Shown here one piece after another: positions 12,987 through 27,900 of a stretch of 64,000 nucleotides of DNA (position 1 is its first letter; the number at the start of each line of letters is the position of its first letter). Source of the stretch: Ostrea edulis (lineage: Eukaryota); assembly GCF_947568905.1 (NCBI RefSeq), contig NC_079168.1, positions 44,888,001 to 44,952,000 of the forward strand. The letters are read 5' to 3'. A model generated the notes under the pieces. That model did no database searches, had not been told where the DNA came from, and worked only from the letters and a program-made list of their open reading frames with translations. The position numbers and the translations under genes are program-made.

Positions 12987-13139
12987 GTTATACCAATGGT
13001 TAAAATGAAAACAAGAGTATTGCATAATACACCTGTGAAAAGGTAATATTGAGCATTTTTCCAGGATTTGTAGAACTTGGCTTCAGCAATTATCAACAAT
13101 CATCAGAGTGTGACTTACTTTCTTTGTATCATAAAAACA

Positions 13140-13968
13140 GACAAATCATGTACTCTCTATGTAATATTTCCACTTGGCATAAAGTGTATATGTACCATGT
13201 GTATCAAGTTTGATGGTCCAAGCCCCAACGGTTGGGTCTGCATCTCGCTACTATGACCTTGACCTTTGACTTTGAGAAACAGTAGACATCCTCCACTTGG
13301 CATAACGTGTATCTGTACCAAGTTTGACGGTCCTAGCGCCAACATTTCAGTCTGTATCCTGCCCACAAGGTTTTCCTATTAAGTGATATTATGACCTTAA
13401 CCTTTGAATACCAAAAGGTTTCCTTCACTTGGCATTTCAAGTATATGTACCGAGTTTGACAGTCCTAGCCCCAATAGTTCAGTCTGTATTCTGCCTACAA
13501 GGTTTACATATTAACTGATACTACGACCTTGATCTTTGACCTTGAAAAATAATGGACATTTTCTTCTCATCATGATGATCAAATGCACCAAGTTGTAATA
13601 TTCTGGAGCTTAGGGTTCGTTCCATATCCTGCTTACAAGGATTTCCTTTCAAGTGATGCTACGACCTTGACCTTTGACCTTGAAAAACAATAGTCATCGT
13701 CCTCTCATCATGGTGATCAACTGTACCAAGTTGTAATATCCTGGAGTTTATGGTTCAGTCTGTATCATGCCTACAAGGTTTTCCTCCTAATGATACTACA
13801 CCTTGAAAATCAATTGGCATCCTTCTCTTTTCATGGTGATCAAATTACCAAGATGTAAAATTCTGGAGCTTACAGTTTGGTCTGCATCCTGCCCACAAGG
13901 TCTAGACAGGCAGACAGAGGGACAACACCATACCATAATTAGTCCTGTCTTTGACGGGCGTATAAAAA
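13140..13968 (+). mobile_element. HINE-type element with internal ~120-bp repeats
   Basis: Repeated gaccttgacctttgaccttgaaaa / tgtaccaagtt / gtatcctgcccacaagg units; 3' ACAG microsatellite and hairpin gtcctgtctttgacgggcgtataaaaa. Confidence 0.65.
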
Positions 13969-14494
13969 ATTACAAGAGGCCCACAGGCCTTATTGGCCAT
14001 TTGAGTATTAGAAAAGTATCACTTGCCCCAAGGGCTATGAAATCAAGAAAAAATTTCCTGTGCTAAATTCTAATATTTATCAGCAGTATAAAACAAGATG
14101 TGTTCTTAAAACACAAATGCCTCCAATACCCATACTGATGAAAAACTTAACTTACTATGATATAATATGTTATATTACCTCTGAATGAATACAGTATATT
14201 TTGGGCCCACTTTAGAGTTAGCAAAATTTACAATTTTGGTACATTTCTTAAATATGAATATAGGGTTTATACAATATTAAGAAAATTAAAGCAGTCTTTG
14301 ACATGACAAAAACAACAAGAGGTACTGTGAGCAATGCTCACTAAGAATACCCCCCGCTTACCCCAATATTATACTCTTCCAACATGTGCGCAGTCCTCTA
14401 AACATAAGAATTATAAAGTCTTCTTTTAAATCAAAACACAAGACATTCTATTTTTCATTGTATTCATTTAATATCTCACAAGTCACATTCCTCA

Positions 14495-15874
14495 TCATTC
14501 CTCTTTCTTTTTCCCGGCCTGATCTCGTTGGATCCGCTCCTCTTTTGAGGGCTCCAGTCTACACAATCTCCTCACTTTCTGGGCCTCATGTTGTCCCCTT
14601 CTCCTTTCCTGTTGATCGAGCTTCCTTCTAAATGATGTAAGACCAAGTCTCTCCCACACTGGCCTTATTTTTGGCCGAGTCCAGTGGAGTTTGCCTTTGG
14701 TGTACAGAGTATCTAAATCATACACATCCCTTTCACTTCCATAGTACTTTGCTTGTATTTTCCCATCCTCTGGTGATGCCACAACAACTGGTGTCTGATT
14801 TCGTTCATCTGAGAGCTCTATCACATGCATCTTGGTTCGGTTGGACAATTCTTGGTGTGTTTCCTGTAATGGCAGAAATGCTACTTCAGAGTTTTAGGAG
14901 ACATCATCTACCCTGCCAGTAAATTGAAGCTGTATCATTCTGAGAATGGACATACAATATATTATTTCAGCTATTTCGAAATTTGGCACAATTGGATCCG
15001 ATGCACTGTTTTGACATATAACCATGAATAGTGCTTGTTCTGTGTTTTGTAATGGATAAATAGAGAATTTCCACAGGACTTGCCCAAACTGGGGTGATTT
15101 CAAATACATTTGTACATGTGTACACTGTACAGCATATCTGAATGTTGTATTCATACATGTACATACAAACTTGTACATCCCTGAATCTAATGCTTATGAC
15201 TTTGACCTGACACAATGACCTTTGATGGATGGTCTAGACACACAATGAATGCTAAAAGAAACCATTGGGTCAAGTATGAGTAAATAAAGTTTCTCTGTTA
15301 CAACAAGAGGTACTGTGAGCAATGCTCACTAAGAATACCCCCCGCTTACCCCAATCTCCCAAAGGGTGTTGTTAATAGGTATAAATTACCTCTTTCCTGA
15401 GTGTAAAAACATGGTATGCCTTTGTAGAAGAAAATGGAAGATATAGTCCGAACACAAATCCATGGCATAAACCTATAATTTTGACCTTGAGATCAAACAT
15501 CAAGGTCATAAAGAGGCCATGAATGTACATGACACATAGTCTCCTGGTGATACACCCATGTCTTTTGGTATGACTATGTCAAAACCCTATAATCAATTTT
15601 GACCTTGAGGTCAAAGTTCAAGGTCATATAGAGGTCATGAAGGTACCCGACACATCGTCTCATGGTGATACACTCATGTGTCAAATATGGTATGCCTATG
15701 TCAAAGAACAAAGAAGTTTTGGCCCTGACACGAATCCATTGTAAAAACCTTTAATTTTGACCTTGAGGTCAAGGTCATATGGAGGTCATGAAGGTACTTG
15801 ACATATCATCTCATGGTGATCCACCTATGTGCCAAATATGGTATGCCAAAGTCAAAGAACAAAGAAGTTATGGC

Positions 15875-15909
<35 letters not shown>

Positions 15910-18900
15910 AACAGAGTGATTCCTATATACTCCCTTAACTTCGTTCGGGGGGTATAAAAATAGGTGGCCTGGATAAATAGTTTGCAATTTTTTCCAAGTG
16001 GCCTTGACACTGTCAAAGTAAAATGACTTTCATCTAGGACATATGCAATGTATCTAAGAAATCTCCAAATGATTTCCGCAAGGATCAACCCTTGGGTTAT
16101 AGGCAATGTTTATATTAAGTATAAGAAGTTTGATAATTTTGGATTAGACACAACTGTACAGACAGTGATTTCTAACCCAACCCAACCCCCCCCCCCCCAA
16201 AAAAAAACCCAGAAAATATTTTGAACAAAAGCTCTGCAAGGCAGGGTATATCTTCTCGCAATGAGTGTGTACATGCTTTTTTTCATGAAGTCCTGTAGTG
16301 ACCTTGAGTTTTTGACCCAATAATCATTAGGGTTCTTCTTTTAATAACAAAGCTACATGTGAAGTAACAAATCAAAATCGAGCAAAAAATGTCTACAAGC
16401 TCAGCCTTCCGCGAATAAAGTTTGTGGGAATGTAAATTATTAACTAAACCTGGTGTGTTACTGCATTGAAGAAAGCCATCGTCATGGTGATGGTATTTTT
16501 TGTGTTGCCCTCTGTCTTGACATAAATGTCTTTAATTCCAGACAGCAGGCACAAGTCTTTTATCACCCGGTGTGCCACTACTCCATGTCCTTGAAATAAA
16601 ACAGAATGCATTGTGCTTGCTGTGATGTTCCATTGACTGTTAAATGTACTATTTTGGCAGACTGATTTGCAAATACATCAATTATATGTAGTAATCCTTG
16701 AAAGAGTTTGAAACATCAAATCTATTCTGCTGACATTGCAGATCTTTAACTTGGGACATAATTTTACCTTCATATGCTCTTTTGGCAAACACCTTTGTAC
16801 AATGAACTTGTGAGTGTGAGTTGTGGAACACTGAAGATGAAAAAGAAATACAAATTATTATCTGTATTGTTTTTTCAGAAGTGTGGAGTGAGAATGATTT
16901 CTATCAATTTTGGGGTCAAATGTCAATACAACTGTTAAACTTTCAGGTCAAGGTCATTAGGTCAAAGTTTTTAGTAAATGTCTTGTCAAAAGGAATATAC
17001 ATGTGAAATATAAAAGCCCTATCACTAACCATTCAAAAGTATGACAAGGTTAAAGATTTTCAAAAGTAAGTCAAACTACATGTTGAAGGTCACAAGATAA
17101 ACAAGAGGCCCATGGGCCACATCGTTCGCCTTAGTCACCTTGGCTCATAGCTACAGATTTTCCCTATATATTCGCATATAAAACTTTAATCCCTAGTGTG
17201 GCCCCAACCTACTCCTGGGGGCCATGATTTTTACAAACTTGAATCTGCACTATGTCAGGAAGCTTTCATGTAAATGTAAAACTTTTCTGGACCAGTGATT
17301 CTTCAGGAGATTTTTAATGATTTTCCCTATATATTTGTATGTAAAACTTTGATCCCCTCCTATTGTGGCCCCATCCTACCTCCAGGGGCCATGATTTTTA
17401 AAAAATTGAATCTGCACTATGTAAGGAAGCTTTCATGTAAATTTCAGCTCTTCTGGCCTAGTGGTTCTTGAGAAGATTTTTAAACGAGCCTACCCTATTT
17501 TTGCATTTTTGTGATTATCTCCCCTTTGAAGGGACATGGCCCTTCATTTGAACAAACTTGAAAGCCCTTCACCCAATGATGCTTTTGGCCAAGGTTGGTT
17601 ATAATTGGCCCAGTGGTTCTGGAGAAGTCAAAAATGTAAAAAGTTTACAGATGGACAGACAGACAGACGACGGACATCAGGCGTCGGATCAGAAAAGCTA
17701 AAATATAGGTACATGTATTATGTAACTGTCCTAGAGTCAGAACCCAGGGGTTGCAAAATTCACAATTTTGGTACATCCCTTTCTGCTTTTCCTAAAAATG
17801 CATTTAGTTTTTATATAGTATCAGCAAAATTAAAGAAGTCTTTAAAATGATAAAGACATTTAATTGCTTTGACCATTTTGGACCTACTATGGTACCAAAA
17901 CCCCTACCTGGGATCATGAAAGTTACAATTTTGGTAAAGGGCTACCTGCTCCTTTAAAATATTCATTTAGTTCCAATTTAGTATCAAAGAAGATGTTATT
18001 TAAATGTTTTACATACAAACACTATAAGCCAAGTTTGGCCCCGCCCTATAGTCAGAATCTCTACCCTGGGGATCATGAAATTTAAGATTTTGGTAGAGGC
18101 CTTTCTGCTCTGCATGCATGAAATAAGAACCTCTACTCAAGGGATCAATTTTGGTAGATCCCTTACTGCTCTATTTGATTACTGTTATGCATTTACATGT
18201 AGTTTTTCTTAAAATGTGCAGTTGTAGAGAAGAGAACATTTGAAAATGACTCTGTTGACCTAAAAACATGTCTGATGAAACACTATGCTCCTGTGGCAAC
18301 AAAAAAATGGTCAAGGTCACAAGGTCAAAAACTTTGGTACCAAAAAAAGGTATTGTCACAAGAAATGCAAATATGAAATCATTATCACAAAATTATGAAC
18401 AACCTTAAAGTTTCAGACAGACAGAACAAATATAATATGCCCCAAATCTTTGATACAGTGGCATAAAATGGTATTGATTTCTAGATTTTTACTATTCTGC
18501 ATGGACTAGCATGATGGAATTTAAGTAGTATGCAATGAATTTCACTAAATCATGGACATGAGCTAATTTTGAGCCCTAGAAAACTGTATGTGCACAGCTC
18601 CTCTAAAGATGAGGGTTGTCTTATATGCCAGTCACTGTAAACTTAAAGGCAAAGCAAAACTCCCAGAAATAATATTGACTATGTTTACTCACATGTATGT
18701 CCATTGTATCTTTCAATAAACATTAGTTGTTGCCCTGCTTTGTCTCTGGCCTAAAGTGTGACAATAATGAATTAGGTTCACAAGCGAATTCAAAGATAAG
18801 ATTCAAGATTGCAAGAACCAAGTTTATGTACATTAATATTGATTAAAGAGAGGATGATCTATATATCTGAACCTGTAATCAGTGGTATAACTTAGTCATT

Positions 18901-21891
18901 TGTGTGACTTGACCCCTAGGAGGTAACATTTCAATTTCAGCTATTTTCTATTTGCAAGTCCTTATATCTATAGCTTTATAAAATTCAACTTTATGCAACA
19001 ATAAACAGTACTGGAACAGCCCTGATGGCTGTTCCAATAAAACATACATGGGACAGGGGGAAGACACGTGAAAATTAGGATGACCACCCATAAAAGTGAT
19101 TTTGGTACACTCCTATCCACCCATAGAGGCAAATGATGAAGCTTTATAGGCACTTATAGAAGCAAATTGATTTATTTGAAAAGTAGAAAATATTCCCAAA
19201 TCAGATTTTTTTCCTCCATCATACAGCACAAAATACTTTTTCATTTTGATATCAACTTTATTTTGGTGTTCAATACATGTAATTCCATTTCAAGCATAAT
19301 TTACAGAACGCCAAACTTGCCTTTGACAATCGTGTGTTCTGATTATTTTCTCACAGTTTACCCTGGTATATAGTTTGGTAAAATAACCACCCACAAAAGC
19401 AATTTTTGTGCAAAAGCCACCCACCATAGAATCAATATCCCACCAGTGTGAACCATACATAGATGTTTAAAAAACTGTCTTCCCCTGGTACCTCATATGT
19501 TATTATGGAACAGCCCTCAGTTGCTTTATAACATATGTAATGCTGTATACTGATCACATGTAGAATTGTAACCATTATTACAATATGTGGTTTTGCCTTA
19601 ATAAATTGTCACCATGGTTACAATAACTGTGGTTTTACCTTAATTCCAGCCGCAGTTAGCTGCTTTGCTTTAGCAACCGCAAAACCTGCAAATGACAGGG
19701 GAAAAAAGTGACCCACAATTAAAGATTCCTGTCACACACACTGCTGAAAAATTTCATTTGCTAATGCCCTTCTACAGTAAAACTTAATTTACATGTTGTG
19801 TATTCCTGTGAAGCATTTTAGTCCCTAGAATTTCCTCTACTATTCATTGTGTTCCAGATCTTGCCAATTTTGTACATGTACATTGTTCGTTATGAAAAGA
19901 ATAGGCTGCTCCTGATTACTGTGGAATCATCATTGTTCATGGGTATTGATGTTCCTGTGTGGAATCATCATTGTTCGTGGGGTATTGATGTTCCTGTGTG
20001 GAATCATCATTGTTCATGGGGTATTGATGTTCCTGTGTGGAATCATCATTGTTCGTGGGGTATTGATGTTCCTGTGTGGAATCATCATTGTTCATGGGGT
20101 ATTGATGTTCCTGTGTGGAATCATCATTGTTCGTGGGGTATTGATGTTTCTGTGTGGAATCATCATTGTTCGTGGGGTATTGATGTTCCTGTGTGGAATC
20201 TTCATTGTTCGTGGGATATTGATGTTCCTGGATTTCGTGGGTCACTCTTACCCACACATGTCCTCGAACATTATTTCAAACCAAGTAGCGTCATCTGTCC
20301 TAGTGACTTCGTATCTCTAACCCACAAAATTACGTCCCTATGAACCAGCAAAATTTTGCTAACCCACGAACATTGGCCCTCACAAATTAAAATGATTCCA
20401 CAGCATGCGGGACTCATCAATGTAGGGCATATTTGAAATCTTGTAAAACTGAAGACCAGAAAGACATGATTTTCAACATTATTCATATTCTACCTGATTA
20501 AAAGTTAAAGGTTACACTAAATTCCTTTCAGCTCAATATTTATCACTAATCATGTGTAATAAACAGTGGACAAATTTTCAAGGAAATCCATGAACTAGTC
20601 TCTTGCACCAAAGGTCCACCGACCTTATTGATTACCTGAGTATTTGTTAGAAGTATCACTAGCCTAAAAGGATATAAAATCTATAATAATTTTCCTGTTC
20701 TACATATCTAAAATAAATTCTAATATTTAGTAGCAATATAAAACAAGATGTGTTTTTAAAACACAAATGCCCCCAAAAGTCCCCATAATGATGAAAGACT
20801 ATACATAATATATGTTATATTAACACTATATGACTATTTTGGACCAGCTTATGGGAGTTATGAGATTGATCACTGTTCGGTATCTTTACCTTTCATTCTG
20901 TATTGTGTAAAATTTAATCTCCAATTTTAGTCCCATCATAACAAGGACCTTAATTTGAAAAAGAAAATACGAATTTACACAACTTGGTAATATTTGTTGT
21001 CGATATGACGTAGTGTGGCCTTGCAACTTTTGAAAAGAATTTTTTGTAAATTTCCTACAATTTCTCTAAAACTTCACTCCCTACTTTAGCCCCACCCTGG
21101 CCCCAGGGGCCATGCTTTGATCACATTTGAATCTACACTAAATTGGAATGCTTGTATATCAATATCACTAATCATGGCCAGTAGTCCTTGGGAAGATTTT
21201 TCAAGATTTTTTGGAATATATATATATTCCCATGTAAAATTTTGATCCCCTTTTGTTGCCCCACCCTACCTTCTGGAACCATGTTTCATACAAATTTAAA
21301 TCTGCACTACCTGAGGATGCTTGCATGACTAAACATGGGCTTCATACTCTTGAGAACATGATCATTTCCTATATATTCTTATGTAAAACTTTGATTCCTT
21401 ATTGAGGTCCCATTCTATCCCCAGGGGCCATGATTTTAATAAACTACAATCTGCACTACTGGAAGATCCTTGCATATTAAAGTGACTAATCATGAACCTG
21501 CTGTTCTTGAGGATAAGATTTTAAAACATTTTTTCCTATATATTTTCATGTAAAACTTGATAAGGTCTACCCTATCCCTATGAATCTGAATAAACTTGAA
21601 ACTGCATTACCTGAACATATTACTATGACTTATCAACCATCCTACCCTAGGACCATGCTTTGAACAAATTTGAATCTGCACTCCCAAAGGATGCTTGCAT
21701 ATTGATATGACTAATTATGGCCCTGTTGCTCTAGACAAAAAAGATTTTTTAAAGATGTTTCCAATATTTTTTGGCCTTTTGATTATCTCCCCTTGGAAGG
21801 GAAATTTGGGGGGTGGGGGTGGGTGGTGGCCCTTCATTTGAGCAAACTTGAATCCCCTTCCTCAAAGGATACTCTTTGTCAAGTTTGGTTC

Positions 21892-21922
<31 letters not shown>

Positions 21923-24900
21923 GAAATTGTGAAAAGTTAACTACAACGATGACACACAATGAACTTTCCATAAGAGAAGCCCACTTGAGCCTTTAGTTCA
22001 GGTGAGCTTAACAGTCTGACTTTCTCCATTTCAGATGTTGTCTAGACTGGCAACATTCTGATGGACCACTAATGGCCTGTTTAGAAAAGTTTTACTGTAA
22101 GTTGATATCTAGCCAATAAATTGTTCTTGAAATCAATTTTTCCCTAGAAACTTTTTGTAAAGACTTTTAATACATTTTGAATGTAAATATATGTTTGCAT
22201 TAAGAAATGAAACTTATAATTCTTTGTTTGATGATAGCGCATTGATGAAAAAGTTTTCTGTCCAATTTTTCGTTTGATACATGCATCAAACAAAGAATTA
22301 TAAGTTTTATTTCTTATCATTTAATTATGTTTTTAAAATAGAAAAACAAATAGTTTCTCCCATCAAAAAGCTTGAATTAACGTTTTTTGAAGTGGCGCAT
22401 AGGAATACATATATGTAACAATGAAAACAAAAACAAAACAGCATGGCTGTGCGTTTAGGTCAGGTACAGTTACTGTGCAGATTTAAATGGATTACACGCC
22501 AAATTAAAAGTGCAATGGTTAAAAGCTGAATTAGATATAAAGGAAGATAACAAGTGGTGACTGGATGTGTGCTGCATTGTGTTGGAGGAGACATTGAACA
22601 CTGATTGTGTCGTAGGAACAGTGGAATGCAACTCGGCTCCATTTCAATATCAAGTAAAAAGTTCAACACCTCTTCATCTAAAACACACTCATTGACTGAG
22701 CCCCATATAACGCAGTTCAATTTCATTGATATCTCCCAGATCAAAAGTTGCCACTTGCTCCGCCATGTTTATCAAACTCATACAGCAGACGATACATACC
22801 GGGAACTCGTGTAATCTGTCTATTTCTACCAGTAAGTGGTCTACGTTATCAAGTTTCAAAGACTATTCTGCCACGTCATCACTAAGCCTATGTATGTTGT
22901 TTCTTTAAATTCATTTGTACTTTATTCATATCTTTGGTTGTGCTTATTTTTGAGAGCAATGAAAAACAAAAATCAAACGAATGCATTTCGTTATATGTAG
23001 CCTAATGCTGGTGTGGAAATTCCCGTCCTATGAATAGCGCTAAAATTAGAACAGGGAAGACGAATTCCAGAGAAAAGTAGTTCTGCGTGCTTAGTGCAGA
23101 TGAACTCCAAATGAAATTTTTTCTGACTATGAAATCAAACGAATTTTTCAACCAATCAGCATCGTTGTTAAATCATCACTTTAAAAGTTATTAAATGATT
23201 TGGGGCTCCACTAGGTTCTGCTGAAAATTCATCTTTAATGCTAGATAAGGGAGAGATTTTCAAAACTCTTCCAATGGTTGGTGTTTGATATAAAGCTAAA
23301 ACTGTCTTTCTTGTTGTTGGCTTACCCGCCAGACCATTTCCATTCCCGACAGCTACCAGAGCTCTGTATGAGAACACTTTCCCCTGATCTGCTGTGATAT
23401 TGGTGATTTTCTTGATCTGGAATAGAAATCAATTCATCTTGAATTCCATATTCAGTGACAGAGAGTAATGTTTGACAAACACAATACTGAGGTTCCATCT
23501 AGACACAAATTTCAGTACAACTGCCTTGATATGATATGTATCAAGATATTCATAATACAGTAAAAACAAAAGTCTTTGATTTAGCATAATCATTTAACAT
23601 AAAGAGCATTTCATCATTGTTGTCTCAAAAGAGTTGACATGTTTGATCACCATCTTCAAATACAGCTATCTAAGTGGCCAAATAATTTATATTTTGCTTA
23701 GACTAATTTTAGGATGTATATTTCACTAAATTAAACGATAGTGTATCATGGGTACTTAACTTTAAAGATAGATTTTATTGATTAAACGTAACATCCTAGT
23801 CCTAATCATTTTGCTAGTTTGTGTGTATACTGAACACATATTTATTTCCAGAGTTAAAATTTTGCAGAATACCAGTTTTGGTTTTGTCCTCGAGTATGAG
23901 ATTTCACAGAATTGCATAAACTTACATGAAAATAGCTTACATACTTTAAGTCTGATGATATGAGATTATGAGGATTTTATGTTACCACGGACTTGCAGAA
24001 ACAAATACCGCATGTAAAAATGCACATTTACCGTAAATTCAAGTACATATACATGTACTGTACTTGATTGAGCACTTTATATCATGGTTTGTTCAACCAT
24101 TGTTGCAAAGTGGTTAGCATTGAAGGAAAACACGTCTGATCGTTATAGTGGTTTATTTGAACTCTCTCGTTTAATATCTACTATACTATAGCAACGTTAC
24201 GTTTACAAAGCATTATGACGTCACAAATAACGTTAGCGTAATGTTTGAGCGCAGCTAATCCATGACAACCATCAAAACAATGAAAATGGCTGTTTGATGA
24301 ATAAAGATGAATCTACAGAGTTTTCAAAATGAGTGCTACTTGATATTTTTTTTTTAAATCCTCGAAGAAATATATTCTGTATACAGTTGGACTGAATATT
24401 TATATAGAAAATATTGTTCTAGATACTCACTTGCAGCAATCTTGAATCAAAGCCATCAAAGTTTTCTGAAACCATAGCAATAATAATAACCCTATTTCTG
24501 TAGTTATAGTGACATTACATAATAGATTAACAAGTATTAAAATACGATTTCATACTACTCTTATATTGAAAGCAGATCCATTGATCCTTTCACTTATAAC
24601 TCTATGCAATTTAATAGATCTGAGGATTTAATTTAATGAGATTGATATCATCCAGGACCAGAAGAATGATTGTAACTTAATTGTGACCTGAAATCTACAC
24701 TGGTCTTTCTCTTCTTTATATTCATAAAAAGAAATCTTTGAGAAACATATATACCCCTATGTGACAATATTGAAAAGGGTAATCTTTAAATTTAGAATGT
24801 TTACAATAAGAGTGAAAAAAACTGTTGGCAGTCTATTTTGTAAACACATTGACTGAACCTGAAGTGAATTGACCAATGGGAGACCCCATACTGGAAAGAA

Positions 24901-27900
24901 ATACGTATATTTTTTTGAAAATTTTTTGAAAATTCATCCAGAATGAAGCTAACATTGAATCAAAGACCCTGAATCACAAATCAACTGCATCATGATTTAT
25001 TGATTCACCCCTAGCATCAACACAATAATCTATCCTACACTGTTAGAAGACATACCTTCTCGCACTTGGGCTGGTGGCCCTAAACTGGTTCCAGGTAAAA
25101 AATTACTAGTGTAACCTCTTAACAGAGGATTGACATATTTTGTTGTACTACGGGTTTTCTTTGTGGACTTCCGATGTTGTCGAAGTTCCTCTAGTGTTGT
25201 ATCAAATTCCTCAGAACGTTGAACAGTGAATTTTACTCGTGAAGTCTCGCTGAAGAGTTTGGTGTTTAATCCAGGGAAAGACATCCCTTCCTTACCTGCA
25301 GGATTAAAAATGGTTGGAACTGCTTACTGTAAACATATCTAAATTGGCATAATCAAATTTGAGCACATTTTCCAACATAGGCTAAATAGTCCAATCATGA
25401 ATTAGTGCAATTTGAATTCAGAATTTCATTTTGTAAACGAATATACAAATTAGCACAAAAGGGCTAGTATGAAAAGCAATAAAATATGATTAAGATATAT
25501 AAGAAAAACTTGTGCTAATTGTAACAGGGACAGTTACACATGTTTCCCTAACATCCCCAATGGTTACAAAGTGGTGCCATTTTTTTTTCATTAAGTTCCA
25601 CTGAATCTTTCAATATACACTATAATTTTAAAACAACAGTATAACTTTTATTTCCTTAAGTTATAAGAGAGTGTCCGTCTTGACACACCTTCTTCTCAAA
25701 CTCCTCTTTTATATCTGAGCAGAAACCAGCTAATCTTTTAAAATATGACAGGTGGTGTCCTGCAAATGTGCAATAAGAATTTCCAATTTTACCTTAGGGG
25801 GCTAAAAAAAAAAATTTGGTTTCCAGAACTCATACGTTTTATGCAATACCCAAACCATCTATTTGAAGATGATTAGTGGTATCCTATAGATGTGCAATAA
25901 GCTTTCAGAATTTACCCTGAGGCCCAAATGGGGGCACATATCATAGAATATTAAATTCAAATAAATGAAATATTAGTTGCATTTAATGATTTTCATGATG
26001 CTTGAGATTGTTTCTGAAATAGAGCGATGCTCCAGTTTAGCCAGTAACCAATCAGACCTGAGAAACAAAGGTCACTATACATGTACAATATGCAGGTTAT
26101 TTCAACATGTGTTTCATAAACTATAATCATAATGAACTCTTCGGAAATAATCATGAATAAATGAATTTTACTTGTAAAACGCAACTTCATTGGTTCATTT
26201 CACTTTATCAACAATCTTTATATCTTTTAACATAGTGGCCATTCATGTGATGTCACATTACTTTTGACTGTTCTGTTTCCATTTTGTTGCTATGGCAATA
26301 TTGGTCTGCATCATATAAAATTCTTATTTTCTTTAGAATTATTCATCAAATAATATAAAACATGATTTGCTAAATTACATTATAAGAAATGAGAATTAGT
26401 TTTACTCATTTTATATGAGTAAGTTGGGACAGTTTACGCTTTGTGGTTTATAATGTGTAAACTGCCCCAACTCACTTTATATTGTATAAGATGAGTAAAA
26501 ATCACTTTGATTCCTTATATGATTTAGTAAATAAACTTTGAACAGATACTTCCAGCAAGAAGAGGATCTGTGGAATGTTTTGTCGCCAAATTTTCATAAG
26601 AGGGAGAATGGAAATGTTGCTTCAGGAAGACTAAAGGAGGGACTGGAGAATTAGTTTGATGGCATGTAATCTAAGTTAAAGTGATTTTATTTTCTTGAGG
26701 GAAAATAAAAGAATTGCATGCAATTAGCTGCAATGTGTGTGTACAGAGAGTTGCATGCAATAGCATATTACATGAGATTAATAGCATTAATTACAGCATG
26801 TAAACTAGCCTTAATGAATTAATGTCTCATGTTCCCTACACATGAAATCTGAGCTGCCATCTACCATGAAGCTTATGAAGATTGCGTTGTTTAACGGATC
26901 ACAATTCTGGAACCTTGCTACATCAGCAATAGATTTTGATTTATTGGGCATAAACAGCTATTCATGTTTTGATAAATGTTTTTTTACCACATGTGCATAA
27001 GATTCTAAATGCAGACAGATACTTTAGGCCTAGGGATTTGCTCTCAGATAAACTGTGCATGTATGTGGTGACATTGATAGACAATGCCACCAATCTTGAA
27101 ATTTGTGGAACCTTTAGTGAAGTCATATCAGATCATCTGAATCTTTCTATGATAGGTGCAAATAAACAGTAATTTAACTCCTTTAGAGAATACCAAATTA
27201 AGAGTAGGGCAAACACAGACCCCTGGACATACCAGAAGTGAGATCAGGTGCCTAGGAGAAGCATCCCGTTGACCGGTCACACCCACCGTGAGTCCTATAT
27301 CTCGATCGGATAAACAGAGTAATCCGTAATCAAAATCAGTGTGTAAAGAACAGCTTCGATTGGTATGAAACATCTTAGACAGCATTTTTCCCAATGACAG
27401 GTTGTATTGGTAAATAAGATCATTATAAGACCATAAAATTTGTGAAATGCTGACTTCAAACGAGACTGCCGAAACCCCTGCACCATCAACTTGTTTGTCA
27501 GTAGCTTGCCTCGATTCAAAAACTGATCATAAGCAGAACAAGCTCTTGCGTATCAAATCAGTTGAGAGATATGAACACCATATGCAGGTGATAATGGATT
27601 ATTGCTACATGGATATGAGAGGTTGACAATGGAGAAGCTGAAGTCATCCCATTTGTCATAAAGTTAATTTGTTAGTTTGCTGTTAACATCTATGTTCAAT
27701 AAAATATCTAAGTATGAAGCAGATGTGGAAGACTGGTGTCTTATTTCGAGTTCACTGGGATATATCATTTATGAATTTAATTGATGCAGGTTAAATGTCC
27801 ATTCAGTGTTACCTGGGCTTATCTGCACGAAGACGACACGTAAATTCAGCCATGGTGATAATGGATTTCATTATATCCAATCACATTTTATACAAGGGGG

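Noticed and set aside
19849-20343. Repetitive 164/124/106-aa ORFs
   Set aside because: By-products of a 39-bp minisatellite inside a MITE.
22460-22908. Cluster of short ORFs including MAEQVATFDLGDINEIELRYMGLSQ
   Set aside because: Stops in all frames and no coherent splice path; probably a decayed TE, family not identifiable.
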